Origin: Limnothrix sp. BL-A-16
GTDB taxonomy: Bacteria; Cyanobacteriota; Cyanobacteriia; CACIAM-69d
Length of the DNA: 64,000 bases
Assembly (NCBI GenBank): GCA_041937175.2
Contig: CP166615.1
Coordinates: 2,048,001 to 2,112,000 of the forward strand
Direction: 5' to 3'
The notes beneath the pieces were generated by a model, which made no database searches, was not told the DNA's origin, and was given only the letters and a program-made list of their open reading frames with translations. Positions 30,977-39,366 of this stretch are shown piece by piece. Position 1 is the stretch's first letter, and every line of letters begins with the position of its first letter. The position numbers and the translations under genes are program-made.

Positions 30977-31744
30977 TCATCTGTTGTTCAAGGCTTCTTC
31001 CAGGGCAACGGTGCGCTGATCAGATAAGCGAATCACACAGCGATCGCCCGTTGATTGCAGACTTTGTTCAAAGGCACAGGCGCGATCACGAAACCGAATC
31101 CAGGCTTCTTCGGCCGCAATCAGGCGCGATCGCTGGCTGCCCGACTGGGCTTGCAACAGGGTTTGGTAGGCCCGATTTAAAGCCGCATCCGCAGCGGGTT
31201 GGCTGAGGCGGCCGGCGGGAGGAGTTGTGCCTTGGCGATAGGCCTGCAAATCGTTCAGCCGCTCCTGGGTCACAATCTCCTTGCAACTCCATTCAATCAA
31301 CGGTTGCATGGAGCCACCTTCAAACTCGCCAGACGCAAAAGCACAGTGGCGATCGCGGAAGGCGATCCAAGCCTGCTGGGCACTCACCAACTGTTGCTGT
31401 TGGGGGGCACTGAGCCGGACGATCGCCCGTTGGTAGGTTTGATTCAAGGTGCGATCGACCCGTTCCCAGCTTTCATAGGCACAGCGGTTCATGGTGGCTT
31501 GATCTTGCGGATCCCGGCAATCCTGAGCCTGGGCCGCAGCGGGCAAAACCCCCACCCCAACAGCCATTCCCACCCCAGCGATCGACCCAACGAACCATAA
31601 CCCCAGCCATCCGGGGGCCGATCGTTGGATTCGCTGCTGGATCCAAGTTGGGAAATGATTGTGCGAATTCATCTGCGAATTTATCTGCGAACTCATTTGC
31701 GAACCAGCTTCTACCGATGATTGCGCCAGTGGGTGGTGCAACAT
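30977..31744 (-). CDS. Secreted LprI / DUF1311 (lysozyme-inhibitor-like) protein with tandem domains; start uncertain
   Basis: Signal peptide; Q..MN.CA...D..LN..Y...AQQAWIAFRDRHC, repeated as D..LN..Y...AEEAWIRFRDRAC. Confidence 0.8.
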   Translation of the reverse strand: MLHHPLAQSSVEAGSQMSSQINSQMNSHNHFPTWIQQRIQRSAPGWLGLWFVGSIAGVGMAVGVGVLPAAAQAQDCRDPQDQATMNRCAYESWERVDRTLNQTYQRAIVRLSAPQQQQLVSAQQAWIAFRDRHCAFASGEFEGGSMQPLIEWSCKEIVTQERLNDLQAYRQGTTPPAGRLSQPAADAALNRAYQTLLQAQSGSQRSRLIAAEEAWIRFRDRACAFEQSLQSTGDRCVIRLSDQRTVALEEALNNR

Positions 31745-32357
31745 GATTCAACCCCCTATTTGCCGACTTATTCAATGCTGATTAGATTCGCTGCCCAGTT
31801 GATGCCTATTCAATCACTTGGGATTTGAAGGGATTGGATTTTGAGGGAATGGGGCATCGAATCTTCAAATCGAATCCTTCAGTTAAATCCATCAATCGAA
31901 TCTGTGGCTCAGAGCCAGGAGCATGATCTAGCGATCAATACTTAGTAATAAATACTTAGCAATGTCAGGTTACTGATCAACTATTTGGATATTTGGATCG
32001 ATTTCGATCAGTCACGATCGCCCGTTGCCATCCGCCTCATAGTCCTTTACAGCCCCACAGCGCGATCGCCCTCCGGATCATTGACCCAAAACTCCTGATT
32101 GGCCCTGGCGATCGGCCCTCACAGGGATCCCAAATGTCAGGGATTAGCAATAAGCCACACTTAGACCCTTCATCGGAGTTTCCAAGCATTTGCTTATAGA
32201 TTTTCCCTTTTGAACCCAGTAATCTTAAAAACAACTAAAGCATTCTTAAACTTGCATAACAGGACTGCGTTGCTGCATTGTCTGTTTCAGACTCTGCGGC
32301 CCAAAATTCTGCGCCCGAAACCTGCTATTCGTACCCTGATTCCCATGGAAAACGCCT

Positions 32358-34202
32358 ATGGATCGCTGGATTATCGATAACCTTTGGCTGGTGCCGACCT
32401 ACGCCCTCTTTGGCGGGTTGTTGGCCCTGCTTTGGTCGCCGGCCTTCATTCGGCGCACCGGCCCGCGACCGGCGGGCTATTTCAACATTCTGTCTACGGG
32501 CTTAGCGTTTTTGCATAGCGCGATCGCCCTGCCCCTGATTTGGAACCGACCAGAAGCCACCATTTCCTTTAACTGGCTGGATGCGGCGGGGCTGAATGTG
32601 GATCTTGACCTCAAGGCTTCCGTGGTGAACGTGGGCACGATGGCCCTGATTTCCGGGATTACCTTCCTGGCGCAACTTTTCGCCGTGGGCTACATGGAAA
32701 TGGACTGGGGTTGGGCCCGGTTCTATTCCTTGCTGGGCCTGTTTGAAGGCGGCATGTGCCTGTTGGTGCTGTGCGACTCGGCGTTTTTCAGCTACATCGT
32801 GCTGGAAATTCTGACCCTGGGCACTTACCTGCTGGTGGGTCTGTGGTTCAGCCAACCGCTGGTGGTGACGGGGGCGCGTGATGCGTTCTTGACCAAGCGG
32901 GTTGGGGACTTGGTGTTGCTGATGGGCGTGGTGGCGTTGCTGCCGATCGCCGGGACTTGGAACTTTACGGACTTGGCCGAATGGGCCAAGACGGCGGAAC
33001 TGGATCCGACCGTGGCGACCCTGCTGGGCTTAGCCCTGGTGGCCGGGCCGATCGGGAAATGTGCCCAAATTCCGCTGCACCTGTGGCTGGATGAGGCCAT
33101 GGAAGGGCCGCTGCCCGCGTCGATTTTGCGGAATGCGGTGGTTGTCCCGATCGGGGCTTGGGTGTTGGTGAAATTCCAGCCGGTGATTGCCCTGTCGCCC
33201 GTGGCGGTGACGGTGGAGTGGGTGGTGGGCTTGGTGACAGCTCTGCTGTGCAGCGCGATCGCGATCGCCCAAATCGACATTAAGCGGGTGATGTCCTACG
33301 CCACCAGTACCTACATGGGGTTGGTGTTCGTGGCGATCGGCTTTGGCCAATCTGACCTGGCCCTGTTGCTCTGCTTCACCTATTCCGTGGCCATGGTGCT
33401 GTTGAGCATGAGCATTGGCTGCGTAATTTCCAACTGCGTCACCCAGGATGTGACCCAGTTGGGCGGTCTGTGGCCCAAGCGCCCAGCAGCGGGCCCCGGA
33501 TTCCTGGTGGGGATGTTGGGCTTGGTGGCCGTGCCGCCCTTGGGCTGCTTTTGGGCCCTGTCGGCCCTGGGTGGCGCTTTGTTGGAAGCCAATCAACCGT
33601 TGATTTTTGCGGCCTTGCTGCTGATCAACGCCATGACGGGCTTTAGCCTGATGCGCACCTTTGGCTTGGTGTTCTTTGGCTCCGAGTCGCCCATGACCCA
33701 GCGCGCGCCGGAAGTGCTCTGGCCCATGAGCTTCCCGACGCTGGTGATGGTGGGGGTGGTGTTGCATACGCCACTGCTGTTGATCCAATGGCAGATTTTG
33801 CCGAGCCTGGGAACCACGGAGGCGATCGCCCTGGCGGCTTCGTCCTTGGTGGGTTTGGGGTCGGCGGCAGCTCTGTACCTGAATCCGCAGGTGGCCAAGC
33901 CGATTCACTCGATTCCGGCTCCGATTCGCGATTTCTTTGCCTATGACCTCTATACGGCGAAGCTCTATCGCAACACGATCGTGCTGGTGGTGGGCGCTGT
34001 GTCCGGCGTTCTGTTCTGGATCGATCGGTTCATTGTCGATGGTTTTGTGAATGCGGTGGGGGCGCTGACGGTGGTGGGTGGCCAAGGCTTGCGCTACAAC
34101 ACCACGGGTCAAGTGCAGTTCTATGCCCTGTCGATTCTGTTGGGGGTGGTGCTGTTTGGGGCGTTGGTCGCTTGGCCGATTCTGGCCCCGGCGGTTCCCT
34201 AG
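32358..34202 (+). CDS. ndhF3: NDH-1MS subunit F3 (inducible CO2 uptake)
   Basis: TGPRPAGY, YMEMDWGWARF and KCAQIPLHLWLDEAMEGP; operon with ndhD and cupA. Confidence 0.92.
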   Translation: MDRWIIDNLWLVPTYALFGGLLALLWSPAFIRRTGPRPAGYFNILSTGLAFLHSAIALPLIWNRPEATISFNWLDAAGLNVDLDLKASVVNVGTMALISGITFLAQLFAVGYMEMDWGWARFYSLLGLFEGGMCLLVLCDSAFFSYIVLEILTLGTYLLVGLWFSQPLVVTGARDAFLTKRVGDLVLLMGVVALLPIAGTWNFTDLAEWAKTAELDPTVATLLGLALVAGPIGKCAQIPLHLWLDEAMEGPLPASILRNAVVVPIGAWVLVKFQPVIALSPVAVTVEWVVGLVTALLCSAIAIAQIDIKRVMSYATSTYMGLVFVAIGFGQSDLALLLCFTYSVAMVLLSMSIGCVISNCVTQDVTQLGGLWPKRPAAGPGFLVGMLGLVAVPPLGCFWALSALGGALLEANQPLIFAALLLINAMTGFSLMRTFGLVFFGSESPMTQRAPEVLWPMSFPTLVMVGVVLHTPLLLIQWQILPSLGTTEAIALAASSLVGLGSAAALYLNPQVAKPIHSIPAPIRDFFAYDLYTAKLYRNTIVLVVGAVSGVLFWIDRFIVDGFVNAVGALTVVGGQGLRYNTTGQVQFYALSILLGVVLFGALVAWPILAPAVP

Positions 34203-34223
34203 GGTTCGATCGCAGCCCAACCT

Positions 34224-34251
34224 GTAGGGGCGCACGGCGGTGCGCCCCTAC
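34224..34251. repeat. GTAG-type REP hairpin GTAGGGGCGCAC-N4-GTGCGCCCCTAC
   Basis: 12-bp perfect inverted repeat; related elements at 55593-55616 and 62944-62967. Confidence 0.75.
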
Positions 34252-34301
34252 CCGAGACTTCATCACAGCCGTACATCGCAGCAATATCACAGTAAAAGCC
34301 T

Positions 34302-35828
34302 ATGTTGAGCGCATTGATTTTAATTCCGGCGATCGGGGCGGCCCTGGTGGGCCTGTGGCCCGGTCAGCCCAACTCCGCCCTGTTGAAAAAGGTGAGCCTG
34401 GCGATCGCCAGCGTGATTTCCCTTTGGACGTTGTATTTATTTGCTCAGGTCGATGTAAATGCGATCGGGGCGCAAATGACCGAATATTTGCCCTGGGTTC
34501 CCCAACTGGGCTTGAGCTACAGCCTGGGCGTGGATGGGTTGTCGCTGCCCCTGGTGGGCTTGACCGCCCTGCTGGCCTGGATCGCCATTTGCAGCAGCGA
34601 TCGGGACTTGCAGCGACCCCGGCTCTACTACGCGATGATTTTGCTGGCGATCGCCGGGATTAACGGCGCATTCCTGGCCCAAAACCTGCTGCTGTTCGTG
34701 ATGTTCTACGAACTAGAACTGATTCCCTTCTACTTGTTGATCGCCATTTGGGGCAGCGAACAAAAACGCAGCTACGCCGCCACCAAATTTCTGATCTACA
34801 CCGCCATTTCCGGCATTTTGGTGCTGGCGGGCTTCCTGGCCCTCACCTGGCTCAGTGGCTCCACCAGCTTTGATATCGGTCAAATCGACATTCATAAGCT
34901 GTCCGACAGCGCCCAACTAATTTGCCTGTTGCTGTTGGTGGTGGGCTTCGGGATCAAGATTCCCCTCGTGCCCCTGCATACTTGGCTGCCCGATGCCTAT
35001 GTGGAATCGTCGCCCGCCACCACGGTGTTGCTGGGCGGTGTGCTGGCTAAGCTGGGCACCTACGGCTTGCTGCGCTACGGCTTGGGTCTGCTGCCCGATG
35101 CTTGGGGGACGATCGCCCCGGGGTTGGCCCTGGTGGGCGTGGTCAGCGTGATGTATGGCGCATTGACCGCGATCGCCCAAAAGGACATCAAACGGATGGT
35201 GGCCTACAGCTCGATCGGACACATGGGCTACATCATCGTGGCCGCCGCCGCCCTCAACCCCCTCTCGTTGCTGGGTTCGGTGGCTCAAATGGTCAGCCAC
35301 GGCTTGATTTTGGCGATTCTGTTCTACCTGGTGGGTGTGATCGAAAAGAAAGTCGGCACCCGCGACCTGGACAAGCTGAACGGCTTGATGAGTCCGATTC
35401 GGGGCTTGCCCCTGACCAGCGGCCTGTTGGTGCTGGCGGGCATGGCCAGCGCGGGCATTCCCGGGATGGTCGGCTTTGTGGCGGAATACATGGTGTTCCA
35501 AGGCAGCTTCACCACCTATCCCGTGATTTCGCTGCTTTGCATCCTGGCTTCCGGGCTGACGGCGGTGTACTTCGTGATTTTGCTGAATCGCACCTGCTTT
35601 GGTCGCCTGGACAACGCCACCGCCTACTATCCTGCTGTGCGGTTTGATGAGCACCTGCCGGGTCTGATTTTGACCGCGCTGATCGTTTGGCTGGGGATTC
35701 AACCCACCTGGCTGGTGAAGTGGATCGAGCCGACCACAGACGCGATGATCGCTGCGATTCCCACGGTGACCCAACCGGTGGCGATCGCCCCAACCAAGCC
35801 AGCCCAGTCTGCCCCCGCGATCGACTAA
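34302..35828 (+). CDS. ndhD3: NDH-1MS subunit D3
   Basis: NuoM-like YELELIP, KIPLVPLHTWLPDAY and YSSIGHMG; lies between ndhF3 and cupA. Confidence 0.92.
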   Translation: MLSALILIPAIGAALVGLWPGQPNSALLKKVSLAIASVISLWTLYLFAQVDVNAIGAQMTEYLPWVPQLGLSYSLGVDGLSLPLVGLTALLAWIAICSSDRDLQRPRLYYAMILLAIAGINGAFLAQNLLLFVMFYELELIPFYLLIAIWGSEQKRSYAATKFLIYTAISGILVLAGFLALTWLSGSTSFDIGQIDIHKLSDSAQLICLLLLVVGFGIKIPLVPLHTWLPDAYVESSPATTVLLGGVLAKLGTYGLLRYGLGLLPDAWGTIAPGLALVGVVSVMYGALTAIAQKDIKRMVAYSSIGHMGYIIVAAAALNPLSLLGSVAQMVSHGLILAILFYLVGVIEKKVGTRDLDKLNGLMSPIRGLPLTSGLLVLAGMASAGIPGMVGFVAEYMVFQGSFTTYPVISLLCILASGLTAVYFVILLNRTCFGRLDNATAYYPAVRFDEHLPGLILTALIVWLGIQPTWLVKWIEPTTDAMIAAIPTVTQPVAIAPTKPAQSAPAID

Positions 35829-35853
35829 TCGGCTACGCGGCAACCCAACCAGA

Positions 35854-35954
35854 CAAGGGGCTTGAGCATCTTGCTGCCCAATGAGGTCGTTGGTTGGAGC
35901 CAATTGGATTGATGTTCGTTGACCACTGACTAGACAAGGGGCTTAAGCCCCTTG
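35854..35954. repeat. Pair of CAAGGGGCTT-family palindromes between ndhD3 and cupA
   Basis: 35854-35873 (variant) and 35935-35954 (perfect). Confidence 0.8.
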
Positions 35955-35967
35955 CCCCCACAACATC

Positions 35968-37278
35968 ATGGTTCAGACCCCAATCAAACCGGACACCGCC
36001 CCCAAAATTCCCCCGTCGCAGCATGAATTTGCGGAAGTGATTCATCGGCTGGAAGCGGGCGGCGCAATGTTGCCCGACACGCCAGAAAACCTGATGCAAA
36101 TCATCGGCATTTACAAGGCCTATGCCGTGCCGATGGACTTCTATTGGCGCGACTTGCTCTACATTGCCGAAGAAGTTTTCCTCAATCCCTTTCCCTTCTT
36201 CAAATATTTCCTACCCCAGAAATATTTAGACCTGCCGAACCACTACGCAGGCGACACGGCCGACTTGCGAATTTGGCGCGGCATCGCCACGGCACACCCA
36301 GAATTGCTCGACTTCATGAGCAAGGGTGAAACGATCAAAATGCCGAAGCTGTTCCATCACCTGTGGCACGATCGGGTGAATATGGAATTCGCCGAAGCCT
36401 GTATGCAGGCCATGCTCTGGCATCGCAAAATGTATGCGGGCGTGAATCGGTTTGATGATTTCCTAAACACCGAGGAATATCGCCAAAACTGCGATCGCGC
36501 CATCAAAGCCTACTTCAAAGGCAATCCGATCATGTTGGGGATGTATAAACTCTTCCCCGAAGCCTTCATTGAGCAATGCCGAATGATGTCCTATTACAGC
36601 AACTTGGGGCTGTTTTGGGAAATCATGGCTCCGGTGTTCTTTGAGATGTCAGACATCTATGATGAAGGCGGCTTCAAGGGTGTGCCCGATGCCATGAACT
36701 TCCTGATTAATGGCATCTTTGCGATTTCCGGTCGCCCGATCTATCACCGCGTGAATATTCGTGGTGAATGGTTCGATTTGGTGCCCAAAGATAAGGGTTT
36801 TATGTGGCTCTATGATGCGGCATTACCCTACGTGGAGGCGGTGTTTTATCGCACGGCTCCGTTCCGGGGAACCAAGTCCTACAACGCCCAAGCGGGGCAA
36901 GTCCCCAGCGAGCAAGCGGACTTCCATTACGGCATTCTGTACGCCGACGTATTCCCCGTGGGAACTGCCGGGATTCCGCCCACACAATTGATGCAGGATA
37001 TGTTGCATTTCCTGCCGCAATATCTGTTGGATTACTATCACCAACATTGCCGGGGCGAGGACGATATGTTGATCCAGCTCGGGATTACCTTCCAGCGATC
37101 GATGTATTGCGTCACCTCCGCCGTAATCCAAGCGCTGCGGGCGGCGTTGCTCTATCCGTTGGATGACGAAAACCCGGAGCACCTGATGGCCAACCGCAAA
37201 TTCTTTGAGGCGCAAATGGATCGCTTCAAGCGTCCTGAGGCTCGCCTGCGCGACATCCAAAATCGCGATTACCGCTAA
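35968..37278 (+). CDS. cupA: CO2 hydration protein CupA (ChpY)
   Basis: HEFAEVIHRLEAGGAMLPDTPENLMQIIG; 436 aa fits CupA rather than the shorter CupB. Confidence 0.95.
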   Translation: MVQTPIKPDTAPKIPPSQHEFAEVIHRLEAGGAMLPDTPENLMQIIGIYKAYAVPMDFYWRDLLYIAEEVFLNPFPFFKYFLPQKYLDLPNHYAGDTADLRIWRGIATAHPELLDFMSKGETIKMPKLFHHLWHDRVNMEFAEACMQAMLWHRKMYAGVNRFDDFLNTEEYRQNCDRAIKAYFKGNPIMLGMYKLFPEAFIEQCRMMSYYSNLGLFWEIMAPVFFEMSDIYDEGGFKGVPDAMNFLINGIFAISGRPIYHRVNIRGEWFDLVPKDKGFMWLYDAALPYVEAVFYRTAPFRGTKSYNAQAGQVPSEQADFHYGILYADVFPVGTAGIPPTQLMQDMLHFLPQYLLDYYHQHCRGEDDMLIQLGITFQRSMYCVTSAVIQALRAALLYPLDDENPEHLMANRKFFEAQMDRFKRPEARLRDIQNRDYR

Positions 37279-37322
37279 GTTTCCTTCCTAAGAGTTGCTT
37301 GCTCTGATCGAGCAGCCAGGCG

Positions 37323-37356
37323 ATCGGGTTAGTGTGTCCCACTAGCCCGATTTTTT
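37323..37356 (+). terminator. Intrinsic terminator after cupA
   Basis: ATCGGGTTAGTG-TGTCC-CACTAGCCCGAT stem followed by a T run. Confidence 0.75.
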
Positions 37357-37365
37357 ATCTTCTGT

Positions 37366-37743
37366 TTAAATGTGGGTCTCAGCCAATGATCGCTCTGCTG
37401 TTTCACTACCTTGGCGGTTTAGGGCTTGCCAATTGGCAGCGATCGGCTCGAATGCACAATAGCAAGTAATCACTTCGCGCCCGCTATTGCTTATAAATTG
37501 TTCCACTTCAATCACGACCCAATCGCCGTCCCGCCCATGGGTTACGCCATTACCCGGATCGGTCAAATTGCTGTAGTCCCTTAGCCGATCGCCCGGCTTC
37601 GGTAATCGATTAGCACCGTAGTCCAGCTCCTGCGCCAACAAATTCGTTAAACTGCCCCGAGGCATCAATCACCGTTCTTCCCAGCCAGGTTCGTCGGCCG
37701 CAGCCACATACAAAATCCGCCGATTTGGAATTAGTTCAGTCAT
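37366..37743 (-). pseudogene. Small hypothetical gene interrupted by an in-frame TGA at codon 25 (37669-37671)
   Basis: AGGAGG Shine-Dalgarno before ATG 37743; MTELIPNRRILYVAAADEPGWEER*LMPRGSL... continues in the same frame for 100 codons. Confidence 0.65.
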
Positions 37744-37927
37744 CGCCTTTTTCCTCCTGCCAAGTTTCATCCATAAAACTGGTTTGCGGCCCTTCAAAGA
37801 CGCAATCTACACCCAAGGCCATGCCTCCAGCAGCCTTCACAATATCTTTGAGTTTTCATCTATTTCGCTGGGCCATTTTTCGACAATCGGCAGGAGTAGC
37901 AGCCCCATGAACATTTTCGGTTTCTGA
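37736..37927 (-). pseudogene. Decayed small hypothetical gene with an internal TGA (37856-37858), overlapping the next start
   Basis: ETENVHGAATPADCRKMAQRNR*KLKDIV...VDCVFEGPQT; its stop overlaps ATG 37743; no intact upstream start codon. Confidence 0.45.
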
Positions 37928-38004
37928 TCAGTACAAATTTTACTGTATCAGTCATTAATATTAACCTTGGAATACACTGGGAATTGTCTTTAAGTCAGTG
38001 GTTT

Positions 38005-38460
38005 ATGCTGAGATCATTCATCCTTCGTCAATCGGCGATCGCTCTAGCGGGATTAGCCTTGGTTGCAACTCCCACGTCAGCGCAGACAGTTAATTGGGAA
38101 CAATTGCGGCGAGTTTGTCCCCAAAATCCCCAAGCTTATGTGGGTTCAACGGCTCAAGCGGCATCTATGAAAGAAGCGGTTCGACGCTATCTTGGCGCAA
38201 CTGCTGATAGTTTGGAGCACATGTCTGACCCAACAATTTATCGGGGTTGGGGTGAGCTATCTTTTTTGTCTGGTGAGATGTCTAGCGCTCGTCAATTTTT
38301 GATTAACCCTAACGGTCGTGTCACTGAGTTGTCATTTTCACTGGACTTTGCTTCCGGTCAACATGACAATTACCGTTCATTGGAGCGAATGCGTAATTTA
38401 GGCGTTTCGCCCGAGGTAACAGCTTGTTTGCATGAAGGAGCAAGACTTTTTCATTTTTAG
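38005..38460 (+). CDS. Hypothetical secreted protein, AT-rich relative to core genes
   Basis: Signal peptide ending TSA-Q; two Cys; 151 aa. Confidence 0.6.
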   Translation: MLRSFILRQSAIALAGLALVATPTSAQTVNWEQLRRVCPQNPQAYVGSTAQAASMKEAVRRYLGATADSLEHMSDPTIYRGWGELSFLSGEMSSARQFLINPNGRVTELSFSLDFASGQHDNYRSLERMRNLGVSPEVTACLHEGARLFHF

Positions 38461-38484
38461 TGCTGTGGTTGGAGATGAATTGCG

Positions 38485-38592
38485 ATGACTAGGCCAAGCA
38501 TTCTGCGTCCGGGTCAGTCCTATCATTTCCAGCAATATTTTGAGATGGCCGATGAGCCAGACGATATTTTGGCGGAGTTTGGTTATACGTTA
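38485..38592 (+). pseudogene. 5' fragment (~36 codons) of a conserved cyanobacterial hypothetical gene
   Basis: MTRPSILRPGQSYHFQQYFEMADEPDDILAEFGYTL resembles a recurrent cyanobacterial N-terminus (recalled, not searched); the frame then runs into the hepT antisense strand. Confidence 0.5.
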
Positions 38593-38619
38593 TTTCTTTG
38601 GTTTGGGTTCAAAATCAAC

Positions 38620-38994
38620 TCAATCTTGATAGGTTTTGATCATCGACTGAATTGCATTGAGTAATGCAGGAAGCTGTTTTTGGCAGACTGTGAAAATTTC
38701 CTCAGCATCAATATCAAAATAGCGATGCGCTAAAACATCACGAATGCCTTTTGCACCGCGCCAGTTAACTTGCGAGTAAGGAGCAAAAATTTCACCATTG
38801 GTCTCTCGATCGAGCCATTTTAGATTTTCACCGATCGCAATCAGCATCATACTAATCGCATCAAGCAGATCTTGACCATGCTCAGTATCCAAAAAGTCAT
38901 CAGGTGTTGAAATTTGAACAAATCGGCGATTAATGCGTTGTAAAGCATCATCAACCTGTAAAAGTTTTTCGTAAATCAGCGATCGGTCAGACAT
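38620..38994 (-). CDS. hepT: HepT-like HEPN ribonuclease toxin (DUF86)
   Basis: IGE motif and RX4HXY motif RDVLAHRY; 124 aa; directly downstream of an MNT gene. Confidence 0.9.
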   Translation of the reverse strand: MSDRSLIYEKLLQVDDALQRINRRFVQISTPDDFLDTEHGQDLLDAISMMLIAIGENLKWLDRETNGEIFAPYSQVNWRGAKGIRDVLAHRYFDIDAEEIFTVCQKQLPALLNAIQSMIKTYQD

Positions 38995-39053
38995 AGAGAA
39001 TTAGATATAAATTGCATCGCGATCGATCCGGCGTTTCAGGTAGGGATTCATGC
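38958..39053. repeat. 96-bp imperfect direct repeat, copy 1 (mntA end / hepT start)
   Basis: 89/96 identical to 44358-44453 by manual alignment. Confidence 0.92.
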
Positions 39054-39366
39054 GCGGGCGATAACGAATTAGGTCGATCGAGCATTGAAAAATTTGCTCT
39101 AAATCCGCTTTGATATCCACCATTGTGAATAGATCCGGCACGGTCAATTCCAAGACGATATCGATATCGCTATCAGGCTTGGCCTCGTTGCGGGCCACTG
39201 AACCAAAAATACCAAGCCGGGTTACACCATATTTTTGGTGAAGATCGGGAGCGAGTTGCCGCAGCGTGGCGAGGATGCGATCGCGATCGGGTGGCTCGCT
39301 CGTAGGGGGCAAGGGGCTGGAGCACCTTGTCTGGGGTTGGTTGGGAGGTGGCTCGTGATGGGTCAT
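39001..39366 (-). CDS. mntA: MntA-like minimal nucleotidyltransferase antitoxin
   Basis: GSX10DXD motif FGSVARNEAKPDSDIDI; ATG overlaps the upstream stop (ATGA). Confidence 0.9.
   Translation of the reverse strand: MTHHEPPPNQPQTRCSSPLPPTSEPPDRDRILATLRQLAPDLHQKYGVTRLGIFGSVARNEAKPDSDIDIVLELTVPDLFTMVDIKADLEQIFQCSIDLIRYRPRMNPYLKRRIDRDAIYI

Noticed and set aside
32190..32215. Possible NdhR (CcmR) operator upstream of ndhF3 (ATAGATTTTCCCTTT)
   Set aside because: Does not match ATAG-N8-CTAT well enough to call, although regulation here is expected
33030..35903. Long antisense ORFs over ndhF3/ndhD3, and similar ones over dapL, pntA/B and the RM gene
   Set aside because: Shadow frames of GC-rich coding genes with no recognisable motifs
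37669..37671. Selenocysteine recoding of the in-frame TGA
   Set aside because: No redox-motif context and no convincing SECIS hairpin; a nonsense mutation is simpler
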